A DNA stretch of 64,000 nt, from positions 228,002 through 292,001 of the forward strand of contig CAWFDF010000011.1 of NCBI GenBank assembly GCA_963814585.1. The letters are read 5' to 3'. This DNA comes from an uncultured delta proteobacterium (GTDB lineage: Bacteria; Myxococcota; Myxococcia; Myxococcales; Anaeromyxobacteraceae). Each line of letters begins with the position of its first letter. Position 1 is the first letter of the stretch. A model generated the notes under the pieces. It was not told the origin of the DNA. It saw only the letters and a program-made list of their open reading frames with translations, and made no database searches. Shown piece after piece: positions 56,258 to 63,668 of the stretch. The position numbers and the translations under genes were made by a program.

Positions 56258-57865
56258 TCAGGCGACGGAACGGGCTGTCGCCGCTGGAGTGGTTGCTGGC
56301 ACGAGTGGGTCGGGAAGGCGCTTCGCCGCGGCGATGACCTTTCGGAAGGTGGAGGGACCCTCCACCGCCGCCGCACACATCAGGCCTGACATGAGCGCGC
56401 CACCGATGCCGAGGATGAGCGCGTCGGCCCCGGCGAGGTAGAGCCCCGGCACCGGCGTCCGGGCTCGCAGCCACGTGAGAGCGAACCGCCCCGGCGTCGC
56501 CGGGAGGCCGTAGATCTCTCCCTCCGGGTGGTTCGTGAAGTGTGCGGTGGAGAGCGGCGTGGAGAGCTCGCGGTGGACCACCAAGCCGGAAAGTCCGGGA
56601 AGCCGCCGCTCGACCTGGGCCAGCATCCCCTCGGCGATTCGGTCCTTCAGCTCCAGGTACTCGTCGCCGCGCTTCATCCAGGAGGACCCCTCCCACCGCG
56701 CGAAGACGCTGGCATCCAGCGTAGCGACGATCTCCGCCGTGTGGGCGCGGGCCTGCGGATCCTTCAGGGAGGGAAAGCTCAGGTAGAGCTGTGGCGACCG
56801 GCCGGCCAGGATCTCACCGCTCCGGTCCCACATCCCGTCCTGGTCGAGCGAATCGTGAAGCCAGTAGTTCTCGCCCCTCACTCCCAGCGAGGCGGGTGAG
56901 CCCGAGAGACCCAGGTAGAGCGACACATGGGTCATGCTGCGGGGAATGCGCCGGAGCTGCGCGCGAAAGGGAATCTCCACCTCCTCCCCGAGCAGGCGGA
57001 GGAAGGTAGCGCGCGCCCCGGCGTCAGAGACCACCACCGGCGCCCTCAGGGTCTCGCCGCCAGCCAGGCCGACGCCCACGGCGCGGCCGCCCTCGACCAG
57101 GATCCTTTCCACCTCGGCGCGAACCCGTACGGTGCCACCGGTACTCTCGATGACACGGCAGGCTCCCTCGGCGATGCTTCGGGAGGTACCCGACGGGTAG
57201 TAGCCGCCCTCCAGGTAGTGGCTGGTGATGACGGCGTGTGCGAGGAAGGCGCTCCTCGCCGGGGGCAGGCCATAGTCGCCCCATCGGGCGCCGAGAACCG
57301 CGCGAAGCCGTTGATCCCGAACGTGCTCCTCGAGCCAGGAGCCGGTCGTCCGCAGAGCGAGCGCGCCCCGTGCCGCCATGAGGGCGCCGGCGATGGCGGC
57401 CACCGGGGCCGGCGCGGCCGAGCGCATGGCAAGAACCTTCACCCAGGAGGCCGCCCGGTCCACGTCGGCGAAGAAGCGGTCGATGGCCCGGCGCTCGCCT
57501 GGGAAGGCGTCCTGGAGGTCGGAGCGGAAGTTCTCCTGGCCGGCGCGGATACCGAACTCGAGGCCGGGGAAGACGAGCCGGTCGTACGTCTCGGGCATCG
57601 GGGACCAGCGGACCTCCCCGCCGGTCGCGACCTGCATGGCCTTTCGCATCATGCCGGGCGTGCCCATCTCGCCGACGTAGTGGACCCCGACGTCCCACTC
57701 GAACCCGCCGCGGCGCGTGAAGGTGTGGGTGAAGCCGCCGGCCCGGTAGTGGCGTTCCAGCACCACGACCTTCCGGCCGTGGAGGCGGGCCAACAGCGCC
57801 GCGGCAGCGAGGCCGCCCATGCCCGATCCGATCACGATGACGTCGGCGTCGTGTCTGGTACTCAT
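56258..57865 (-). CDS. Phytoene dehydrogenase/retinol saturase-like FAD oxidoreductase
   Basis: VIGSGMGGL, GGFTHTF...DVGVHY, LSFPSLKDP, STPLS, GLYLAGAD. Confidence 0.9.
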   Translation of the reverse strand: MSTRHDADVIVIGSGMGGLAAAALLARLHGRKVVVLERHYRAGGFTHTFTRRGGFEWDVGVHYVGEMGTPGMMRKAMQVATGGEVRWSPMPETYDRLVFPGLEFGIRAGQENFRSDLQDAFPGERRAIDRFFADVDRAASWVKVLAMRSAAPAPVAAIAGALMAARGALALRTTGSWLEEHVRDQRLRAVLGARWGDYGLPPARSAFLAHAVITSHYLEGGYYPSGTSRSIAEGACRVIESTGGTVRVRAEVERILVEGGRAVGVGLAGGETLRAPVVVSDAGARATFLRLLGEEVEIPFRAQLRRIPRSMTHVSLYLGLSGSPASLGVRGENYWLHDSLDQDGMWDRSGEILAGRSPQLYLSFPSLKDPQARAHTAEIVATLDASVFARWEGSSWMKRGDEYLELKDRIAEGMLAQVERRLPGLSGLVVHRELSTPLSTAHFTNHPEGEIYGLPATPGRFALTWLRARTPVPGLYLAGADALILGIGGALMSGLMCAAAVEGPSTFRKVIAAAKRLPDPLVPATTPAATARSVA

Positions 57866-58072
57866 CGCAGGGCCCGTCTTGAGGAGTGCGTCGCACCGGA
57901 AGCATACCTGTCGCCACCGCTCTCCGGTGAACCGTCTGGCCGCCGAGCACCGGACTGACATGACGCCGCCGGTCCACGGATCAACCACTCCGAGCCGCCG
58001 GGCCTGTCACCGCCGCCAATACTGCCGCCGGTTGCTGCCACTCTTCTGCCGGGGTCCAGGGCCTCAAGAAGT

Positions 58073-58117
58073 GAAGGCCCTGACGCAACCCGGTTTCCCG
58101 AGGGAGTCAGGGCCTTC
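58073..58117 (-). terminator. Hairpin immediately 3' of tRNA fragment 3
   Basis: GAAGGCCCTGAC...GTCAGGGCCTTC 12-bp inverted repeat. Confidence 0.65.
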
Positions 58118-58122
58118 GAACT

Positions 58123-58166
58123 GTCGGGGCGACTGGACTTGAACCAGCGACCACTTGCACCCCAAG
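58123..58166 (-). repeat. tRNA-Pro(GGG) 3'-half fragment copy 3
   Basis: Reverse complement CTTGGGGTGCAAGTGGTCGCTGGTTCAAGTCCAGTCGCCCCGAC = anticodon loop to acceptor end; no D-arm or 5' half. Confidence 0.88.
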
Positions 58167-58349
58167 TCGCCATCCACGGACAGTCAACTATCACGGCCGC
58201 TCTCGATGGGGTGGAACCTGTCGAGGGAGGAGAGTGGTCACCTCTCGACGGTCCGAACCAGGGGCCTCGGCATCGATCCCATTGGCTTCCCGCCTCGCCA
58301 GCCGCGCGGGGCCCCGGGGCTTCGAGCCATCGAGGGTGCCTGGGAGGGC

Positions 58350-58482
58350 GACCTGCTCACCGTACGCTCCGTGGCGGGGCTCTTCGGGCTCTCAACCTCG
58401 ACCGTCTTCCGGCACTGCGAGGACGGCCAGATTCCTCGCGTCGGGCTCTCAAGCGCCATCCGCGTCGCGCCAGATGCCTTCG
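58350..58482 (+). pseudogene. Excisionase-like HTH remnant 4
   Basis: DLLTVRSVAGLFGLSTSTVFRHCEDGQIPRVGLSSAIRV. Confidence 0.7.
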
Positions 58483-58759
58483 ACCACCGCGGCCAGGGAG
58501 GTCGGCACGGGAGACCAGGGCATCACCGCGGCCCGGGGCACTCGCTTCCTGGTGCCAACTCGCGGGTCGTCCGCGCGCCGTTAGGCCGCCGCCTCGCGAT
58601 CATCGGTCGCCGGCTTCCGCAAGCACCCACCATCCCGCAAGGCCAGGAAGCCGACCGCAGGCTGCGCAGCGACCAGGGCAGCTGCGGCGAGAACGGGCGC
58701 GAGGCGCGGGCGCGACCGGGGGCATCCTGCCGAGCCGGTCCCCGAGGGCGCCCACTTGA

Positions 58760-58870
58760 CCCATTGCCGAGTGAGGTCGAGAGCCCAGGAGGAGTGGACG
58801 GCCGCAAGGATGCCGACGGCCAGCGCCGCGATGACGGCCGTCAGCACCCATTCCGGCATGCCCAGAGCCG
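58760..58870 (-). pseudogene. Membrane-helix fragment resembling the N-terminus of TolB/TPR-type proteins
   Basis: LGMPEWVLTAVIAALAVGILAAVHSSWALDLT with no intact context. Confidence 0.35.
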
Positions 58871-58963
58871 TGCTGCCGGAGGCACTGCCCTGAGGCCCGG
58901 ACGGCAGAGCCCGGGTCACCTCCACGCTGCGACGCCCGCCTCCGCGGACCGCTCGAGCCGACC

Positions 58964-59302
58964 CTAGCCGCCGCCACTCGCGCCGGCCTTCGGGAGCGCC
59001 TCGATCCGCGTCGCCTTTCCGGTCGCGTCGTACGTGGCGCGAACGGTGGCGCCCTCGGGCAGCCGCTCGACCATGACGAACCGGCCCTCCACCACGATCT
59101 GCGTCGCGGGATCGACCAGGAGCCGCAGGCGCTCGGCGCTCTCCTGCCGCTTCAGGACGACCCCGTCGTACCTGGCGCTCACCACCTCACCGGTCGCCGT
59201 GCCTGCCTGGGTCGGCGTCGTGGCGCCCGGGTCGCTCTTGCATCCGCCGACCATCAACGCGAGCGCGGCCACGACCGGTGCCATCAATCGCGAGAGTTTC
59301 AT
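58964..59302 (-). CDS. Small lipoprotein (OB-fold-like)
   Basis: AAGGAGG RBS; lipobox-like VGGC; LPEGATVRATY. Confidence 0.75.
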   Translation of the reverse strand: MKLSRLMAPVVAALALMVGGCKSDPGATTPTQAGTATGEVVSARYDGVVLKRQESAERLRLLVDPATQIVVEGRFVMVERLPEGATVRATYDATGKATRIEALPKAGASGGG

Positions 59303-59818
59303 GTGCGCCTCCTTAACTTGGATGTCAAACTGAATACCGATCCGCGTGGGTCTTGTCAACCGCCGCACGAGGCGTGGCGGCCGCAGGAGCTCTTCAGGGC
59401 ATTGGCGGCTTGGCTCCCGAATCCCGCACGGGACCGGCAGCGCCCGTCCGGGGCTGGAAGGCCACTTAACCTTCTGGATCTGGAGGAAGGGCGCTCGTCG
59501 GGCGGCGACCGGTCTGGGGCGCCCCGCTTCCGAGAGGCCTGCGCTTCGGAGGTCGCCGGCGTCCCCGCCGGCCGGGCTGCTCGCCAGGGCACCGGTGGCA
59601 CGGGCGTCGCGAGTCCGTTCGGCGTACGTGTCATTGCATATCAAAGTACTATACGCCGTAGAGACGCGACGGGAGTGCCACGAGGCGCGTTGACCGAGCG
59701 CACCGAGCCGGGCACCGGGCGGCGCGGACGAGCTTCGCCCTCGATGCCCGCTCGCGTCTGGTGGCCGGGGCGGGTATACAGAACTGCTGCCGCGCGAGCA
59801 CACGGGGGAGGGGCGAAG

Positions 59819-60307
59819 ATGCAGTCGGTGTCGACCAGAGTCCACCTCGCGGAGCCCGGGTCGGAGGGGCCGATGCGCCGCCCGCTCGGACCGGTCCTGT
59901 CGTTCATGCGGTCCCTTTGGGGCGTCAATCACGCTCTCGAGTCCACGTCCCGGGGGATGAAGGCGCGGATCGGCGTCACCGGCCCGGAGCGGATGGTGGT
60001 CCGGCTCGTCGGGCGGTACCCGGGCATTTCCGCCGGGGAGCTCGCCAGCATCCTGCAGGTGCATCCGAGCACGCTCACGGGCCTGCTCAAGCGGCTCGCG
60101 CGACGCGGCCTCCTCGTGAGGCGCGCGGATGCGTCGGATGGTCGTCGGGCGCTGTTCATCCTCACGGCGAAGGGCGAAGCGGTGGACAAGGTGCGGCGCG
60201 GAACGGTCGAGGCGGCGGTGACGGGGGCGCTCATGTCGCTGTCGATCCGAGACGTCCGGGTGACGGCCTCGGTCCTGGATGCGCTCGCGCGAGCGTTGGG
60301 GCGGTGA
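59819..60307 (+). CDS. MarR family regulator
   Basis: GISAGELASILQVHPSTLTGLLKRL...DGRRALFILTAKG. Confidence 0.92.
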   Translation: MQSVSTRVHLAEPGSEGPMRRPLGPVLSFMRSLWGVNHALESTSRGMKARIGVTGPERMVVRLVGRYPGISAGELASILQVHPSTLTGLLKRLARRGLLVRRADASDGRRALFILTAKGEAVDKVRRGTVEAAVTGALMSLSIRDVRVTASVLDALARALGR

Positions 60308-60399
60308 ACCCGGAGCTTCCGCGTGGGCGGCAGACCGTGCCCCCCACTCCGCCACGGGGCGGGCGGCATCTCCAGCGTCTACGGGGCGGCACGGGCCTC

Positions 60400-60594
60400 T
60401 CACCCACACCCCTCGCACTTCACTGGGTCGCCAGGAGGAGTTCCGGGGTCGGGCCTCGCTGATCCCGCGGGGACGGCCTTCGAGGCAGCTTCCTCGTTCG
60501 GGCCCGTCACCTTCGTCGTCACCTGTACCGCCCCGGACAAGAAGAGAGCCCCTGTTACCTGCGGCGAAACCGCAACGATACCAAGGGCTGTGAT
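60400..60594. repeat. Conserved cassette end (copy A) with hairpin at 60547-60589
   Basis: Colinear with 63012-63211. Confidence 0.8.
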
Positions 60595-60638
60595 GTCGGG
60601 ACGACTGGATTTGAACCAGCGACCACTTGCACCCCAAC
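60595..60638 (-). repeat. tRNA-Pro(GGG) 3'-half fragment copy 4
   Basis: GTCGGGACGACTGGATTTGAACCAGCGACCACTTGCACCCCAAC. Confidence 0.88.
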
Positions 60639-60795
60639 GGCGTTCACGGAGCGTGTAGGTGGTGGTCAGGGGTCGCAAGACCTCGCAACGACTCGCGATG
60701 GCCAGGATGGGGAGCCCCCACTTTCGCCATCGTTCGCCGGACTTCGCGGAACTCTTGCTGCTGGTTTGCTGCTGGCACTCGGGACTCAGGGTCGC

Positions 60796-60972
60796 ATGCT
60801 CACGGTGGCCGAGGCGGCGCGGCGGCTCAGGGTATCGAGGGCGACGGTCTACAAACTCGTCGGCGAGGGGCGGCTGGCGCACGTGCGCATCGGGAACCAG
60901 ATTCTCCTCCTGACAGGGGCCATCGGCCTCGGCCAGGGACCGGGCTGGCGCGGGAAGGGGAGGCCAGAGTAG
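60796..60972 (+). CDS. Excisionase-family HTH protein 5
   Basis: MLTVAEAARRLRVSRATVYKLVGEGRLAHVRIGNQI. Confidence 0.78.
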   Translation: MLTVAEAARRLRVSRATVYKLVGEGRLAHVRIGNQILLLTGAIGLGQGPGWRGKGRPE

Positions 60973-61002
60973 GATAGGGACAAACGTAACACGGAGCCCG
61001 CC

Positions 61003-61266
61003 ATGGCAAAGACCGTCGAGACCTACCGGACCACCAAGGCCCTGCGCGAGCTGGTGCGCCGCGCCGCCAAGGTGGTCGACAAGCGACCCTCAGAGTTCCT
61101 GAGGCAAGCCGCCGAGGAGAAGGCACTGGCGGTCCTCCGCGAGGCGGCGGGCGACAACCTGCGCAGGATGCTGGCGCGCCTGCCTGCGGGCCGCGCCGGG
61201 TCCGAGGCCGAGGCCGAGCGGTTGGGCGAGGAGGCGGCCAAGGCAGCGAGGAAGGGCGGCGCGTGA
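61003..61266 (+). CDS. Probable ribbon-helix-helix antitoxin
   Basis: ELVRRAAKVVDKRPSEFLRQAAEEKA; GTGA overlap with the PIN gene. Confidence 0.7.
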   Translation: MAKTVETYRTTKALRELVRRAAKVVDKRPSEFLRQAAEEKALAVLREAAGDNLRRMLARLPAGRAGSEAEAERLGEEAAKAARKGGA

Positions 61267-61688
61267 GGATCGTCATCGACTCCTCGGTGGTCGTGGCCGC
61301 CCTGACCACACCCAATCCGGAGTCCGCGTCCCGCGTGGTGCTCGCTGCTGTGGCGGCCGGCGCGGTGGAGCTGGTCATCACTGACGAACTCGAGGCCGAG
61401 TACCGACGCGCCGTTGAATTCCCTCAGGTCAGGCGCTATGCCGCCAAGGTGGACCGCCAAGCGTTCGTCGGCGCCATCGTGGCGACAGCCGAGCGAGTGG
61501 AGGCTGGCTCAGCAGTCGGCTCGGTTCCCGCCGACCCGGGAGACGACAAGGTGGTGGCGGCGGCCCTGACGGGGAGGGCAGCCTTCCTGGTGACCCTGGA
61601 CCATCACCTACTCGAGCTCGGCGGGCTGACCGGCGTGTTGTTCCTGAAGCCAGGCGACCTCTTGCGAGTGTTGCGGGCGCAGCACTGA
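61263..61688 (+). CDS. PIN-family toxin of a toxin-antitoxin system
   Basis: RIVIDSSVVVAAL, DPGDDKVVAAAL, FLVTLDHHLL. Confidence 0.9.
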   Translation: MRIVIDSSVVVAALTTPNPESASRVVLAAVAAGAVELVITDELEAEYRRAVEFPQVRRYAAKVDRQAFVGAIVATAERVEAGSAVGSVPADPGDDKVVAAALTGRAAFLVTLDHHLLELGGLTGVLFLKPGDLLRVLRAQH

Positions 61689-61751
61689 GCAGCCTCGCTA
61701 CTTCCGCTCCGGAGTCGGTTCCGTGGAGCCAGCAGAGCCAGGCAGCAGCGC

Positions 61752-61850
61752 CTGCTCACGGTGGCCGAGGCGGCGCGGCGGCTTCAGGTGTCGAGGGCGA
61801 CGGTCTACAAACTCGTCGCCGAGGGGCGGCTGGCGCACGTGCGGGTTGGA
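61752..61850 (+). pseudogene. Excisionase-like HTH remnant 6
   Basis: LLTVAEAARRLQVSRATVYKLVAEGRLAHVRVG, near-identical DNA to 60797-60890. Confidence 0.78.
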
Positions 61851-61950
61851 ACCAGATACGGTTCCTTCCGGCCTCGATCCATTCCGCACGAAGGTAACCT
61901 CCGCGTATACCTTTGTGCGTGGCCCGCTCGCGCCCCAGGGGCCGGGACCG

Positions 61951-62322
61951 TCAGCCTCGGACTGGTCCGCCCGGCCCTGGGGTGATTCGGGCCTGCCCGG
62001 GCTGCAGCACCGTGAAGCTGGCGCGAAGGGCCTCGCCGTGCTTGGCGACGAGGTCCAGTACCGAAGGCCCAAGGGTTCGCCGCGCGTTGCCGGGGAAGCG
62101 GACGAGGATGACGCCATCGCTGCCGGACCCTGCAACGAAGGCGAGCCAGCCGAAGTCCTTGTCCTCGGTGAGGAGGATTCGGCCCTCACGCCTGGCCAAG
62201 GCGATGACCTCGGCGTCCACGGTCCGAGTCGTCTCCTCGGCGAGCGCACGAACGTCGTGGCCGGCGGAGCGAAGGCTGCGGACTACGGCGAAGTCGACGT
62301 TCTCGTCGGCCAGGAAGCGCAC
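61951..62322 (-). CDS. DUF5615-type PIN-like toxin
   Basis: RFLADENV, GHDV, EGRILLTEDKDFG. Confidence 0.9.
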   Translation of the reverse strand: MRFLADENVDFAVVRSLRSAGHDVRALAEETTRTVDAEVIALARREGRILLTEDKDFGWLAFVAGSGSDGVILVRFPGNARRTLGPSVLDLVAKHGEALRASFTVLQPGQARITPGPGGPVRG

Positions 62323-62331
62323 AGCCGACTG

Positions 62332-62562
62332 CTATCCCGCCTGCGGGAGCACGATAACGTCATGCGCGACCGAGTCGGCGGCGTAGCGCAGCACGGCCTG
62401 GATGTCGTCGTGCGTGAGGCGAGGGTAAGCGTCTACCAGATCAGCCTCCGTCGCTCCCTCGGACAGCTTGCGCAGGATGCCCTCGACCGGAATGCGGGTG
62501 CCACGCACGACCGGCTTGCCCTGAAGGACGGCGGGATTGAGCTCGATGCGGTCGGTCGTCAT
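62332..62562 (-). CDS. DUF433 antitoxin
   Basis: NPAVLQGKPVVRGTRIPV...YPRLTHDDIQAVLRYA. Confidence 0.92.
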   Translation of the reverse strand: MTTDRIELNPAVLQGKPVVRGTRIPVEGILRKLSEGATEADLVDAYPRLTHDDIQAVLRYAADSVAHDVIVLPQAG

Positions 62563-63011
62563 GGCGAAGGCTCCGCAAGAATCGTAGCACCCGGGACGCC
62601 CTTGGGCGAGCCCTCCCAACCGAAGCTTCTGGGCAGGCGGCGTGAGGTCCGTTCCGCGAGCCGCCCCCTTCCGCCAGGCCAACCAGCAACCTGGGACTCC
62701 GACGGTGCAGGTGAACCGGAGCCAGTCCATGTCCTTTCCAATCGTCGCCGCGAGGGCCAGCAGCTCCGTCTCCTCGGGTGGGGGCTCGGCCGCCACCACG
62801 CGGAGGAGCGCCGTCAGCGCGCCCGGCGGCGGGGCCTGCTGCGCACCGGGGTCGGAATCGCCAGCGTCCCCCACGCGGACCTCCAGATGAACGGTCCAAG
62901 GCGAGCTCATTCGAGTAGCAGGTGAGCGCCTGATGATCTGGCCTGCCTTGGGAGTGGGCCCGCCACGGGTCCAGCGTCATCTCCAGCTGCGACAGGGCGG
63001 GATGGACATCT

Positions 63012-63211
63012 CGCCCACTCCCCTCGCACTTCACGGGGTCGCCAGGCCGAGCTCCGGGTCGGGCTTCGCTGCTCCCGCGGGGACGGCCTTCGAGGCTTCG
63101 CGGCAGATTCCTCGTTCGGACCCGTTACCTGCGCCACTACCCGTGCTGCCCCGGACAAGAAGGAGCCCCTGTTGCCCGCGGCGAAACCGCAACGATAACA
63201 GGGGCTTTGAT
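63012..63211. repeat. Conserved cassette end (copy B) with hairpin at 63164-63206
   Basis: AGCCCCTGTT...AACAGGGGCT outer stem with inner GCGG-CGAAA-CCGC; colinear with 60400-60594. Confidence 0.8.
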
Positions 63212-63255
63212 GTCGGGGCGACTGAATTTGAACCAGCGACTACTTGCACCCCAAG
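63212..63255 (-). repeat. tRNA-Pro(GGG) 3'-half fragment copy 5
   Basis: GTCGGGGCGACTGAATTTGAACCAGCGACTACTTGCACCCCAAG. Confidence 0.88.
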
Positions 63256-63386
63256 TCCGCCCGCACGATAAGTCAAGCGATGCAGGAGTTCGCAACGATT
63301 CGCAATCAGACGGGTTCCCGCGCGAAGCATCTTCCATGCCTTCGCCGAGTTCAGCCGAGTTGCGGTGGTCGTCCAATGCACCGGTA

Positions 63387-63587
63387 ATGCAAGGGAAGGT
63401 CACCGTGGGTGTGGATTCCCTGCTCACCGTGAAGGAGGCAGCCGAGCGGCTCAAGGTGTCAACCGCCACCGTCTACGCGCTCTGTGCCTCGGTGCGGCTG
63501 GCGTACCTGCGGATCTCGACGCACGCCATCAGGATCGCTGGCGGGGACCTGCGGTGTTTCGTGCGGAGCTGCCTTGGCCACCGTTGA
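63387..63587 (+). CDS. Excisionase-family HTH protein 7
   Basis: LLTVKEAAERLKVSTATVYALCASVRLAYLRISTHAIRIAGGDL. Confidence 0.8.
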   Translation: MQGKVTVGVDSLLTVKEAAERLKVSTATVYALCASVRLAYLRISTHAIRIAGGDLRCFVRSCLGHR

Positions 63588-63668
63588 GCCACTGAGGGCG
63601 GCAGCCGTCCGGCGGTGGCAGCGCACATGGAGGCGACCTGTAGCGGCAGGCGGGCTACACTGGGCGCC

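Noticed and set aside
58123..58200. Intact tRNA-Pro genes at the repeat copies
   Set aside because: Similarity stops at the anticodon loop in every copy; no D-arm or 5' acceptor strand follows, and flanks differ between copies.
59323..59359. Two minus-strand TTGACA hexamers upstream of the lipoprotein gene
   Set aside because: No convincing -10 element at the right spacing (best candidate TATTCA).
62930..63060. Possible protein remnant (ALGVGPPRVQRHLQL...SPTPLALH) shared with 60330-60430
   Set aside because: Too short and degenerate to assign by eye; counted as part of the conserved cassette end, though an HTH or integrase remnant is not excluded.
51305..63255. CRISPR array interpretation of the 44-nt repeats
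   Set aside because: Spacers are kilobases long and contain genes, the repeats are tRNA-derived, and no cas genes are present.
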